From positions 23,422,795 through 23,486,794 of the forward strand of contig NC_092670.1 in the NCBI RefSeq assembly GCF_964355755.1: a stretch of DNA of 64,000 bases, in the 5' to 3' direction. Shown here piece by piece: positions 14,301 through 29,300 of the stretch. A program made the position numbers and the translations under genes. How positions within the stretch are numbered: position 1 is the first letter of the stretch; each line of letters begins with the position of its first letter. The stretch comes from Antedon mediterranea. Taxonomy: Eukaryota; Animalia; Echinodermata. The notes under the pieces are model-generated. The model searched no databases, was not told where the DNA came from, and saw nothing but the letters and a program-made list of their open reading frames with translations.

Positions 14301-17300
14301 TATCTTACATTACAATTTCATCAAATTTCATAAACGTCTTTCCTATCAAAAGTTATTTCTGATCGATTTTTATTGATGTTTTTTCTTTAGAGTTTTGGTA
14401 GAAGCAGGAGTTGACATCAACATGGAGACACATAATGGTACAGCACTACATGAGGCTTCCTTATTTGGTAAATCAGAAGTTGTAAGGCTATTAATAAGTG
14501 TAAGTTCCTCGTCAATATTTGATTATTATGTACTTTCAGGCAATTTAAATAGAGAAAGAGGAAGTAGAACCTAAATGTATAATGTTGGAGGAACACTAGA
14601 CAACGAGACAATAAACTTTTACATCCCCTAAGAGTGCCTTTCGGGTGTCACCAGATGACGTGCTCATTCTTCTGTCCACAGGGGCTGTGATTGACCAGGA
14701 CACTTGGGTGTACCTTCATTCCTGACGAACGGGGTTCTTTAAATTAAAGAGCACACATGAAGTGTACACTGAACCTATTAAATTGACTTCACATCTGTGA
14801 TTAAACACTTCTTCCATAAGAGTAGGGGATTTCCCTGTTATGTAATTAAAGATAGGGCTTTTCCCTGTTGTATAATTAATAATTATGAACTACATAGCCT
14901 CTTAGGCATGTCTTAACCTTAACATTTTAAAGCTACTTCACAAATTAACTTATATCAGTGTGTAGAATATTTTACAAAATCAATTTCATTTACTTTAAGA
15001 GCATACAAAATGTAAAAATTAATTTAACCTTATTTTTACTTATGAACATTTATAAGGTGAAATAGAGAAATTAATATTCCTATAAAAAGTCTCTGTTTTC
15101 ATGGAACACATGGCAATGGATACTCCATAAAAGTAAACAACAGCATAGCTTTAAATATAATATTTATATTGACTATAGATTTACGATAAATCTATTCAAC
15201 TGGACTTGTTATTAATATAACAGAAACGTTTCACGACCTATCCGGGTCGTACCATCAGGCTGAATAATGGAATTGTGCCGTTTTGTCAGTGACCCGTCAA
15301 CAAGTCCTGATTTATCCTTCTAAACCTAGATGAATGACAATATCTATACCTATATTGGAATAATTTTGATATTTTCTTTCCAGTATGGAATCAATGTACG
15401 TCAGAAGAACTCACATGGACAAACAGCTTTAGATATAGTCAACAAGTTTACATCCACCAAAGCAGCTCAAGATGTCAAGCAGATGTTGAGAGGTACTGTA
15501 TTAATGGACAACAGTTTCTCTTTATTTTAAGTTGATGTATTATAAGTTACTGTATGCTGGTCAGGGCAGAGATATAGAGGCATGCCAGGGCATGTAAACA
15601 ATCTGTATACTGGTCATGGCAGAGATACAGAGGCTTGCCATGGTCCTGTAGACAATCTGTATACTGGTCAGGGCAGAGATATAGAGGCCTGCTATGGGCC
15701 TGTAGACAACCTGTATACTGGTCAGGGCAGAGATATAGAAGCTTGCCATGGGCTTGTAGACAATCTGTATACTGGTCAGGGCATAGATACAGAGGCCTAC
15801 CATGAGCCTGTAGACAACCTGTATACCGGTCAGGGCAGAGATATAGAGACCTGTCATTGAACTGTAGACAACCTATATACTTTTCAGGCCAGAGATATAG
15901 AAGCTTGCCATGGGCCTGTAGACAACCTGTATACTTTTCAGGCCAGAGATATAGAAGCTTGCCATGGGCCTGTAGACAACCTGTATACTTTTCAGGGCAT
16001 AGATACAGAGGCCTGTCATGGGCCTGTAGACAACCTGTATACTGGTCAGGGCAGAGATATAGAGGCCTGCCATGAGCCTGTAGACAACCTGTATACTGGT
16101 CAGGGCATAGATATAGAGGCCTGTCATTGACCTGTAGATAACCTATATACTTTTCAGGGCAGAGATATAGAAGTTTGCCATAGGCCTGTAGACAACCTGT
16201 ATACTTTTCAGGGCATAGATACAGAGGCCTATCATGGGCCTGTAGACAACCTGTATACTGGTCAGGGCAGAGATATAGAGGCCTGTCATGGACCTGTAGA
16301 CAACCTGTATACTGGTCAGGGCATAGATACAGAGGCCTGTCATGGGCCTGTAGACAACCTGTATACTGGTCAGGGCAGAGATATAGAGGCCTGCCATGAG
16401 CCTGTAGACAACCTGTATAATGGTCAGGGCACAGATATAGAGGCTTACCATGGGCCTGTAGACAACCTGTATACTGGTGAGGGCAGAGATATAGAGGCCT
16501 GCCATGGACCTGTAGACAACCTGTATACTGGTCAGGGCAGAGATATAGAGGCCTGTCATTGGCCGATAGACAATCTGAGACTACCTCTGGCTCTAGGCAC
16601 TGGCTCATGATGCTTTGTTATTCGTATTCTCAGAATTGATTCTTACTATTTCCAAAAAAGGTGTATAATAAATAGTTCTTTTACTTTTTATTTTCAGAAG
16701 TTATAGGTGGTTTTCGAGCTAGGGCTCTGCAAGACTACTGTAAGATTCATGATCGCAAATGTTTATCATTCAAAGCAGGTGATATAATTTTGGTAAGTTG
16801 TAAGAAATGCGGTATGGTATACTACTGGTTTTTAGTTGAAAATATGTCAATATGTTGTAGAGTAAAGCTCTGTAGAGTAAAGCTCTGTAGAGTAAAGCTC
16901 TGTAGAGTAAAGCTCTGTAGAGTAAAGCTCTGTAGAGTAAAGCTCTGTAGAGTAAAGCTCTGTAGAGTAAAGCTCTGTAGAGTAAAGCTCTGTCAAGACT
17001 ATCTACAGTAACTAGTTTGACAAATAAGTGTGATGTGCCCAAAATATGGTAGTGATATGACATCAATGTGTCCATATATGGGCACATCACATTTCTTGTC
17101 AAATTAGTTTGATAGTGCAGACAGAGCTTAAGGTACTGAAATACAAATTTATTACAAATATCCAAGCCACATGCCCATGTAAAGTTAGTTGTTCATCCTC
17201 GCTCACTTTTCTTTTATTTTCCTATTGATTAATACAGTAGATCTCCTATAAAAGGGACTGGGACTTCAGGACCCAACAAAGTTATTATCTTAGGTGTATC

Positions 17301-20300
17301 ACATAGGAGTTGGCCATATTGTTTTAATAACATATTATTTCCCCTTGTTCATTTCATAGGAAAGTATCCACATAATGTTTCTACCTTTATTATAAGATTT
17401 ATTATAGATAGAAATAATTGCAAAAATTCAACTCAAGATATTAATCAATCCATGTCCAGAACCAGAATGACAAATAATGCTATTTATCTTGCCTCCCACT
17501 TTGAAGGATTTTACAAATGATAATACCTCATCATTAGTGGAAATAGGATGATAGATAATTCTGAAACAGAGTCTACTGATACCATCTGGCATATACAAAG
17601 TGGTTAGGATAGTCTTGCCTGTGTTGAGATAAATATGATATTGTTGTCAGCTGTTTGTATTCATAAACCTACTGTAGGTGATGAATTTATTTTGTAGCTC
17701 AGATTCTTCATTTATTGGGTTATTATATATCTGAAAAATAATTGACCAAATTTCTGTTATTGTTTGAGATAAATATAATATTGTTTGTAGCTGGTATTTA
17801 TAAACTTATACTATGCAGTGGCGGATCCAGAGGGTGGGGGAGGGGTGTGACCCTCTGAACCTTCCCCTATAAATCTGGAGAAAAAAAATTATTCTACCAT
17901 AAAGGAAAAAAGCATAAGAGTAAAGTACTTTCACTTATTATTCACTTATGATTAAAACACATTGTTTCAGCACCGTGCTAATTTACTCTTTTTTAAAGGT
18001 CGCCATTGCCGTTGAGTGTTTTGCTAAGTGGTATGACAAAGGCGGATCCAAAGGGGGGGCTTATTTCAACACAAAAAAACCTGTAATGGCGGCGAGTTTA
18101 AAACCACAATATTTATTTTTATAAATTGGGTTTCTTTTCTCAACTTCACATGGTACAATTTGATTATCTGAGAAATTGTCATTGGCATTTCTAAATATGA
18201 TTTTCCATCTGCTACCCAACAATAAGTCTCTAAATTCATGTTCTAACATAGTTGACAGATTGTAAAAAATGTTATGGGTAAAAGTTTACTTTAAATGTTT
18301 CAATTTGATTGGATTTGGAGTCTCTACCACTCTCCAGGTAACATGACATTGTTTTTCAGTCTGAACTGTGTAGGCATATTATGACCTCCAGAATGAACCG
18401 ATGACAGAAAAGTGTCTGTTGAAATTCAATAAATTCAGTACTTTAGAAACATAAAAATGTACGCTGAAGATTATTTAAGATTCAAAATACACAATTCAAT
18501 AGATTTATGTTGTATTGTTTTTTAGCTAAACTATTTTCCCCTACCTTTCTATCTATCTAAAGGTCCTATAAAAGCAAATAGTTACCCAATAGTAATTCAA
18601 TATAATCTGTTATTCTGAGGATAAATCTGTGATGTCTACATGTTAACCTAAAATCAGTGAGATTGTGCAACACAGTGCTTATTTAGAATGTGCACATTGT
18701 CTATTAAATTACTAAAAGGATCTACTAATACTATACTACTACTACACCTAGGCACTATACACCTATACTCAACATAACCCCAAAATAATCAACCGGACTC
18801 CTAAATATAACTGAACCTAACTCTCTAAGTTAGTGTTTTAACCTATGGACATATGATACTGTAATGTATGTGGTATGTGTGTGTGTGTGATAATTAGTAA
18901 GACCGTCTTTTTCCTCTACTAAATTCGACCTAGGCACTATACAGGCTATACTCAACATAATCTCTAAATAATCAATTGGACCTAATAATCAACTAGATAT
19001 AACTAAGCCTAACCCAAGTTAGTGCTGTAACGTGTGTGGTACTACTATTATGTATAACATATGTGGTGTGTGTTTAGTAGAACAGTCCCGTCATAAAAAG
19101 TATTTTTCCTGTGGTATAATCCTACTTCCCAAACATCTTGTTTGTCTTATAAATGAGCCAGTAGGGTACAGTATACTGCCATCTATAATACTTGTTTTAT
19201 TGCATTGACTAATACATCTAACATAATAATATGTATCTAACTATTTGGCATGAACTGTGCTTCAAGTAATCAATATTTATTGTAACTGATACATGTTATT
19301 GCATGTGTTATTTGTACTTTAATTGATTAAAGTGTAAATAGACAAGTAGGTCCTTCTAGTTTGAGGTCATTAGGTGAGTAGGTTGTTGATTTGGTTATGA
19401 TTATGTTGTATAGTATTATATACTTTGAAATTGTAATGTTGTATATCAATGGTTTGATTTAATTTATAATTTAATGAAAAAATTTGATTTATCAATATTA
19501 ATGACTTTATGAATTTACCAAATTTGATAAAAAAAATATAATGATAAATTTGGAAATCAATTTGAAATGTTTTTTAGAATGCTCATGAAAATGATGATGT
19601 TTATTTTAGCACTGTATTATACTATTAACAAAAACAATCTAAACTTATCTTGGATTTGAGAAGGATTTCGTTATTGATATTCTTTGCATATTCTTGTACA
19701 GGTTTGTTGTCACGTTGGTCTGAGAGGTATTGATCTCAGAGTAGGAAATTAAATACTTCAAATTGAACTTAATTACATATGCAAGATAGGTATTATATAG
19801 CTTAGCACATGACGTAGATTGTTAAGCCAACTTGAATGCTTTAACACAGTGTAACATAGAATGCGCTAATCTAAATATTTTCGTAATACAGTGAGTGTTG
19901 AATTCTTCATTGATAGTATCAAGATTTTGTTATTTAGGTTAATCTTATCAAACAATCTATTGACTTGTTTGTGTTTTACACAAACAAGAAAGAATCATTT
20001 TCTAGACTCATACATTCTTATTATACATACTGTATATATATACTACAATCAAACAAATACAATACTGTATATGCCATTGCTTTCGCAGTGGTTTAATTTT
20101 GTGAACCTTAACGCGAAAAATCATCTACATTTATAGAAAACAGCCTCTGATAGAAAAGGGAAAACATGGAAGCTTCCATTGTGTCAGTTTCGCAGTGGAA
20201 GGTTTGTGGTACAAATAAAACGATATACAGTATAGAAACATTAATACTACAGTAGGCCTACTGCTATAAATGTCTAGTAGGTAGGCCTAGGTTTTGTAGA

Positions 20301-23300
20301 TGTTCATACTCTTGTTAAGCCTAGCCTACGGCGCCTAGACTTACCAAGTAAAACAGCCTGCTATTTGACCTTTGTAATATAAAAAGATTGTAATTTAAAG
20401 GTACGTTATAGGTTTAGGCTAGAATTAGTGTTTTAACCAAAATGTCGTCCGCGAAAACGTCGTCAAGTAAATGGTAAATCGCGAAAAATTCTGTATGAGA
20501 AAATTATAGCAATATTATTTATACTCAACCAACTTTGTATAAGAGTAAACAAAATATGGTTTTTTGTTGATTTCAGATTCTAGAACAACATCCGAATGGC
20601 CAATGGAAAGGTACAAAAGAAGCGGACAAACAGAAGACTATTGGGTATTTCCCAGCAAACCTTGTGGAGATTATTGATGATTTAACTATGCAAGGTAAAT
20701 ACTTTTCTTATCTATCTCGTTTTACTACTCAATCTTGCTGTGTCAAATGTTGGTATGCTAGAAGTTGAAGAAATAAAATTAACGAAGGGGGATATATACT
20801 CTATACAGAGGGTTATACTGTATACGGAGGGAGAGGGTGATATATACTGTATACGGAGGGAGGGTGATATATACTGTATACGGAGGGAGGGTGATATATA
20901 CTGTATACGGAGGGAGGGTGATATATACTGTATACGGAGGGAGGGTGATATATACTGTATACGGAGGGAGGGTGATATATACTGTATACGGAGGGAGGGT
21001 GATATATACTGTATACGGAGGGAGGGTGATATATACTGTATACGGAGGGAGGGTGATATATACTGTATACGGAGGGAGGGTGATATATACTGTATACGGA
21101 GGGAGGGTGATATATACTGTATACGGAGGGAGGGTGATATATACTGTATACAGATGGGAGGGTGATATACTGTATACGGAGGGAGGGTGATATATTCTGT
21201 ATACATAGGGTTATATATACTATATACGAAGGGCGATATATACTATATACGGACAACCTCTATTCAGTGGATACTTTGGTCCTGAAAAGTCCCTTATAGG
21301 ATGGTGTCTACGGTGTTTGCAATACCTGAAGTAGCTGACCATCATGACTTTGTCATACAACAGATTTTTAAGAAATACCTATGAACTGTCTTGTTCATTG
21401 TACTTTTAACCAGCTGTTTGTTTTTAAATGTTATAGTACTTTTGTGTGAGAAGAGTTATTAAATTTTAGTCCTATTTTTAGCTAAGAATACACATCAATT
21501 ATTAAAGCTGTTTATTGATGATATTAGTAATGTTACTTGTAAATTACTGTGGTGGACTGTAAATTTGCTAAAAAAAGGAAAATTTAAGACAATAATAAAG
21601 TTTAATTTAATATAGCGCAAACTGTAGACGGCCTCTAAAGCTTGGTTCCCACTTGAACGTAACGCAAGGACGTAAATGCAACGCAAGGGTTTTAACCAAT
21701 GACAAGCGAAGTTATAGACAGTTAGCAATCACAAGCGAATAAGCCATCACTTGTGATTGGTCAATTCACTTGCGTTGCGTTACGTCCTTGTGTTGCGTCG
21801 CCAGTGGGAACCACGCATTAGCGCTAATAAAAAATAAACATAATAAAGTCATTTAATTTTAAATACAAAAATATAACAAATTAGGAAGGAAAGGAAACTT
21901 CAAATAACGTTTAAAATATACAAATTCATATTTTTTTTTATTGCTGTTTCGTTTTATTAGGTTAACGATATATAACTATATGTAATAAGGTTGAGAGACT
22001 GAACCTATTACTTATTAGCCTTTTGACGTAATTCTCATACCCTCTAGGTCTACATTACATGCTTTTAAAGTTTAATGTTCATACCAAATGTTTTCTGAGA
22101 ATACTGGTAAATATTTGATCGCCTTGTGCATTATTAAATTAGTTTTGAGATTTGTTTTATAAAGAAAAAAAACCCCTTATGTTATGCTGTGAGTGAATAC
22201 TTTTCGAACCTTTTCAATTTATTTTTACTTTTTGCAAAGATAGTTGGAGAGTTACCAATCGGCTTATCCAATCAAGGGGTGGTAAATTACAATGCAAAAG
22301 ATAGGACATTTATTGGTTAAGTTCAGCACTTTCACCATTTTTAGGCCCTCTCCCACCTACCTTTAATAATTAAAATTATTAGATTTTGGTGATAACATGG
22401 ATCTTGTCAACAAGGCTATTATACAATCTAATCTGTTCCATACGTACACAAGTTAGCATCATGTTTTATGGATAGTTAAATTTAAATGGTGTCATTATTG
22501 CTCCCCTACTACTTTGTTGACGCATTTCAATACGTGAATTCTTACACAAGTGGTTTGAATAGGACTTTGTACTTTTATTAAACAGTTAATTAACATTTAC
22601 TACAGAAAAATTAGTCTGTACGGAGCAATATCCTACAGATCTTGTTTCATATACTTATTTGACATTTGTCTGCAGAATTGATAAAAGTTTTAGTAACTAT
22701 ATTTCAGAACCTTTATTTTTCAATCATGAATGTGCATTGTAGAGTGAACAAGTATAGCATTAAAGAAGTTAAATATGGAAAAGATGAAACCATTGTTTTC
22801 ACCATTTTATACAAACAAGGAATTTTGTATGTGTATGACATGTGAAGGTAAATGACAACATAGGAGATGATTGACATATGTATGACAGCTACTATCAATA
22901 AGGTCATTGACAGGCTATCAAATAATCCCTTTATCTTGTTAATTTTATTTGAGTTATTTTATTAGTAGTAGTACAGTACTGCATACTATTTATAGTACAG
23001 TATAGTTCCATCTAGAGTTCAGAGTATTTAGAATACATTATTGCTTTAAAAAAACTATTTAGAAAGCTGGCATTCTTATGTCAAATCTTTAGTTAGCCAA
23101 AAAATTGAAACTTGGTGAACTAAAGCCTTAAAGTTCCCAGGTCTCCTACAATTTTACGGGTAGGCCTACCCAATAACTATGTTAAATGTTACGTGCAAGT
23201 TTGAATGAAAATGGCACTTCATAGAAAAGGAGAGTTCAAATCCTTGCATCCCTACCTCCCCTACCAGCCCTATCTTCCATACCAGCCCTACCTCATCCCA

Positions 23301-26300
23301 CCATCCCTACCTCCTCCTACCAGCCCTATCTTCCATACCAGCCTTACCTCCTCCCACCAGCCCTACCTCCTCCTACCAGCCCTACCTCCTCACACCAGCC
23401 CTACCTCCTTCCACCAGCCCTACCTCCTCCCACCAGCCCTACCTCCTCCCACCACCCCTACCTACTCCCACCAGCTCTACCTCCCTGTACCAGCCCTACT
23501 TCCCCGTACCAGCCCTACTTCCCCATACCAGCCCTATCTCCCCGTACCAGCCCTACCAACCCTACCTCCCCCTACCGGCCCTACCAGGCCTACATCCCCC
23601 TACCAGGCCTATCTCCCCTTCCCAAGCCTACCTCCCCCTCCCACCATGGGGACTGTATACACCAATGTAGGACACTTCAAATAAAAGGTTATGAAATCAA
23701 GTTTGTCCGACTGAACATACAGGCTACAAAATTATTGAATTATCATACCACCTTTTTTTCCCTGACATTTATCCAAGTTTTGTTTTATTATAACATTTGG
23801 TATATCACAGAGGAATTCTAAACTAATTCCTTCATGATCATACTGTTTTATTTGAATAATTATTTTGTTAAATGTCGGACTAAGAAACAGCTGCCATTAT
23901 CTAGTTGTCCACGTGAGAGTTTACCGACACACTTGTTGAGAAAAACCAGCACAAAATGGCATAGTGGCATCGTTCTTTTTCTTTTTTGTCCTTATATGTA
24001 TCAGAAATGTGTCCTTCAAATAATTAGTGTAGTATGATTGGACTCTTTAGCCTGTGCTTAATTATGCTTAGCTTTAACTTGTGATGCATCATTACCATAT
24101 ATTATATAAACCATTAAACAGAATACTGTTTGTTTATGCATGCATATGCCATGATTGTCTCTCTCCATTTAATTATGAGATATATAGCAAACTATCAAGC
24201 AATAGTATTGCCATATTTGTACTTATATTATCATAGCGCTTTAAGACTTTTTTTTACGCTTTCAATTTTTAAAAATGTATTCATTTATATTAAGTTATCA
24301 GTAAGTCGCCAATTACAAGATGGATAAAACTATTTTTAACTTATCATGCTTATAAAGTCTCATTTGAGTCTTAGGGAGTGGAGTTGAAAGAGTCGTGAGT
24401 TACAACCCTGGCACAAGATCAGGATTGAACCCTGGATCTTGTAATTGGAAGACAGGCATGTTAACCACCAACCTATCGCGCCACACATCAACCATTTAAC
24501 CATGGAGTCCTCAGTATATTGCCTATCTTAACCATAACACAATACAGGCATCACAGGTGATACTTATTGGACACTGTATTACAGAATTGGTCTATGATTT
24601 GATACTGGAAAGATAATGCCATACTTCCAATTTCACTCTGCACTGTAATAGTACATTCATAGATTAAGCTAGAAATTAAATATAAATGATGAAAAATAAT
24701 GTAACAAACACTAATGATTTTACTTTATAATATATACATTATTTTGACACTTAAATATATTGAATGATTTGGTTTTACTAATAAATTTCAATTCCCTTAA
24801 ATTGATGCTTTAAATGAGAAACCAAATCGGTAAAATAAACTTTTCATTGATTTCTTTTAAATGCAATCAAGTACTGCTATATATAGTGATATATTGTTCT
24901 TCTATTGTATTTTGTAATAGTATTAAAGTAATGAGTCCCGTCAGGATTAAAGTATAGATTCCAAGATTTAATCTACCCTTTGTAATAATGGAATAGTCAA
25001 AGCACAGATTATTTCTGCCCAGGTGAATGGATCACCTTTTAGATTCAAGAAAACATTGAAGTAGAAAAGCTGTACTTATCACCTGTCAGGTATATGTAGC
25101 AACTACTCCTAGCCCATGAAAATAATGTTTGTGTTTACTACTAGTTGGAATTCACTATCCTTATAAGTTATAGGTAGGTGTTGGAAATGTCTTTGTTGAG
25201 GATCTGTTTTAATTTATTGTTTAATTTATTTTTGTACATAATGAGTATAAAAATAGCGTAGTATAAACTAAAATAGTGTTGTATACATTAATTTACTTTT
25301 TCGTAGATTTTAGCTACTTGTTACTTGTTAGTACTAAAGTCTTGATTCAATATGAGCTGAAGTATTAAACAGACGCTCTGTATTTTGCAGAGTATTTCAC
25401 TAAGTTCCTGAGGGCTTAATAATTTTTTCTCTACACTTCAAGAACACGTCAGTACATAAACATGTATACTTAACATTACATTGTAATGTTTATTCTGATA
25501 ACATTTTCCGTGACAGTTAGGGTTTTAGGTGTGTTACAAATTATTACAACAATGTAATTAATAAACACGCGTTTCCTGTGACCTGCATTTTCTCCCCTTC
25601 CCTCCCCCACTTGTGCTTTAAAGGGTCAGCCCACTTGTGATTGGGAGTAAACTGTCTTCACTGCCAATGGTGATATGGGAACTAACCTGGTACCTGTGTA
25701 TCCTGATGCTGTAACCTGTTACTATATGTGGGTCTGTTTTTTTGCTGTCATACTGTGCGAATAAATTATTCCCAATTTCTTTGCAGCATAAACCGGACAA
25801 ATTTTAAGTAACCTGTTAAATAGAATTCTCAAAATAATGGTTAAAACCTGCTCAATTAGAACATTTAATCTATTTTTAAATAAAACGGTTTTTAGCATTT
25901 AATGGATCAGAAACGTTCTAAGGAGCATCTGATTATTAATCCAGAAGATGATTGCAGAGCTAAACAATCAAGATATTCTTAAAGACCCCTTCCCTGCAAT
26001 TTTGGACGTTTTTTGGAAAATAATAGATATATATCACTTTAAAAACATTAAACCATGTCATTCCTTGTCTTAAATGTACGTTTTATGGTAAATTATGATA
26101 AAAAGTGAGAAACAATGCACTACCTAAGTAGCTCGCGGCGATCGACCTCTCGTGGACGGTCTCAGGCCTAGCCTAGCTAGGCTTAGTTTTGTAGGCCTAG
26201 CTGGTAAACATCGGTAACGTACGAACATCGTACGCTAGCTATATACCTAGCCTGACGTTGTATAGTTGCTGCATTAATTGTCTTTCTATTTTTGCCAGAC

Positions 26301-29300
26301 TCCGTTGATACAAATTGGGGAAAACCCGGTATTTTCGCTGAAAAGTTAGGAGTCTTCCATTTGTTTTGGCTTCACGATCGATCGAAAAGTGGGCGAATTA
26401 CAGGTGAAAAACAAAAATATCAATCCGCGCGCAATGCATTTTGGGATTTATAGCGGGCCGCTATAATTATTAAAATCGATTTATTTTTCACATTTTTAAC
26501 CGTTTAAAGACGAAAAAAGTTATCGCAATAGGACCATATAGTATTATTTTTACATTAAATATAGTTTGTGATCTTAAATTTAGATCTAAAAAACGTAGGG
26601 AAGGGGGCTTTAACTTTACCTACTTCCTTTTTATATACATAAGAAGCCTCTTGATATTACTTGAAGTAAGGTTTAGAAACTTGTCATAGGTACTTGTTGA
26701 AGTGAATACTTTGATGTTGTCTCTTCATTTTTGAAGTTTCAAATTATAGAGTTTTTTTTATGTTTTATTGGAGTTTAATTCTGAGGGTCTTAACAAAAGT
26801 TTACAGAGCCTAGGGATATAAAAGAATTACACAGGACGATTTACCTGTTAACAAGCTGTATTCAAAGTTTTCACCACAATTTTACCCGCCAAGGTCCTCT
26901 GGTTGAATGACATGACTGACAATCTAAAGTTGTACTTGATTGTGTTCATAATTCTGGAAACCTTGTAAGTTTAGAAAAAGTCTTTTGATGTGGTTTTTAT
27001 AAATCTTTAATTATTAAATAGTTCAATTTGATTGTAGTTTTAGATACAGAGCCTAGTTTTCTGTGATATACTATTTTTTGTTAGGCCTGTATTGCAGTTC
27101 TTTACAAAAAGAGTTTGATTATTTCACCTGCTAGGCATTTAAAGGGCATGGCTAGTTCAAGTCAAAAATGACAAAAATCACAAAGAAACAGATAAAGAGT
27201 AATTTAACATGACATTTTACAATTTTAAAATGTTGATGCGAAGACAGTTTCTCGACACACAGAGTTGTAAGCTCATTAGTAATGAAAATGTGTGAAAAAA
27301 CACACAAGAAATGTGTTTGCTTAATCTTGTTTATACCTTTGACATTGAATTTAATCATTAAATTTGTTCAGCTGTAGTTTATCTTTAGTGTAGACCTATC
27401 AAGTAAAAGACTCACTCATTAACTGGAGACAGTCTACTAAATAATATGGCCTGCCGCCGCCGTTGTGATTACTTGAGTTAAACACTGTCTTTTAGTACGC
27501 TTGAATTAAACTACAATAGTGTTACTTAAGACGGTTTCTTTTCCTTTTAATGAAGGCTAATTTGATATGCAATAATGAACAAATTAAACGATTGTTAGCT
27601 AATAGAACGGTAGGTTTTGTGTACTTTTGTGATTTTCAGTTCATTCTTTGGCGTTACATCCGTTCTAAAACCTGTTAAATTAGCAACAGTTTGGCAGACT
27701 GAATATCTGGATTTTAAGCTCTGTCTGCACTATCAAAATTTATGTGACAAAAAAAATGTGATGTGCCCCTATACAGTACGGACATGATGATGTAACTTAT
27801 ATATCACTACTATATTTTGGTATATCATCACTACCATATTTGGGCACATCACAACTAGTTTGATAGTGTAGAGAGAGCTTAAGTCCAGTTTATTTATAAA
27901 TCTGTGCACCATTTTCATTTAGTTCTGCCTTATACCTATATGCAGTAATGAACTAATAATAAGGTTGTTTAGCTACAGTAATCGCAGGATTAGGTTTGTT
28001 TACTTTGGCAATTTGTTCCTTGTTTTGTTTGTCGTAAGAGCTTTTAAATTGGCAACAGTTTGAGGATGTACATATTATCTGGATTTCAGTCCCGTTTATT
28101 TATTGATAAACTAGTACAAAGTGCCCTACTATACCAATTTTAAATGATTTATTTCTAAATCATCTTGTATCATAATTATAGCATGATAATCAAATTACAT
28201 GTATTTGACCCTAGACAAGTTGTAAAAGAATTCATTGTTAGTTGTTGCTTCTTTTAAAAGCTTGCAAAAGATCAGAGGTGGCAGCTCCAATAAATCACTG
28301 ATGCTCTCCAGAGATTGCCACTAATAAGAGCTCTTGTCACCTAACAGAAATCCAGCACCAGAATATATGCATCTTTGTTCCCCATGGAAAAGTAGTGTCA
28401 TGGAAAGTTTAAACCATCTTCACTTATATTAAGTTTCAACCATCTTCACTTATATTAAGTTTCTTAATTTAGTTTTGAGTACAGTAGAACATGTACAGTA
28501 GGTACAGTATGCTAAATTCAATGTATTTCTATCATACTTTAGTGCAGTTGTTAGTGTTTTTTAACAAATACTTTGGGAAGCCAATATTATGTTATAGGAG
28601 AACATTTAGATAAATTGTGTTCTTCTGGATTTTCTTTACTTTAAATATGAAATATAGATAAGTAGTTGACTGACTGCCTTGTGCCAACAAACTGGCTTGG
28701 ACTTGGTGCATGATAAGATGTGTTCGATGTTAAAATAAAATAAAAATACTGAAAGAAATAAAATTAATCTTCTTGGAAGTGTTACATTTGCCTGCCTCTA
28801 GAATAGAAAACAAGGTTATATATTTGAAGTTTTGCATGGCGAAATCAATATGAAGGCATAAAGATTGCCGTACACCATTAGAGTGAAAAGTCGAGAAACT
28901 CAACAGTTCTTTTCAGAAATATACATGGTGTACTGTAAACTTTATATCTACATAAGACAGGGTTAGCTCACTTGCCTGCCGACAAGGAGATGTGCAGTGT
29001 GTAGCAGTTACTTATCTGCCTATAGGGTAGAAGCAGACATATGCAGGGTTACCTCACCTGTTTCTAGCTAGAAGACATAGGCTAGGTAACACATGCTCAC
29101 CTTCCTCACCCTAATACTACATCCATCAGCAACAAAAGACTTTTCCACAGGTGTAAGAAGAATGGTATCCTGTATTCATAAGTAGGTCTAAAAAGAGTAT
29201 AATTAAACTTTTCTAGACTTGTTTATTAATGGCAAGCCCTAGAGATTTAATTTTAAACAAGTTTCTGGTTGGTTTGACGTGATGTAAATTTAACATTTGT

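Noticed and set aside
19342-19726. Two short AG..GT-bounded segments within the SH3-splitting intron
   Set aside because: They introduce stops or frameshifts in the required phase and would break the SH3 fold; no support as coding exons.
20712-21256. Four overlapping repetitive ORFs
   Set aside because: Products of a 27-bp minisatellite.
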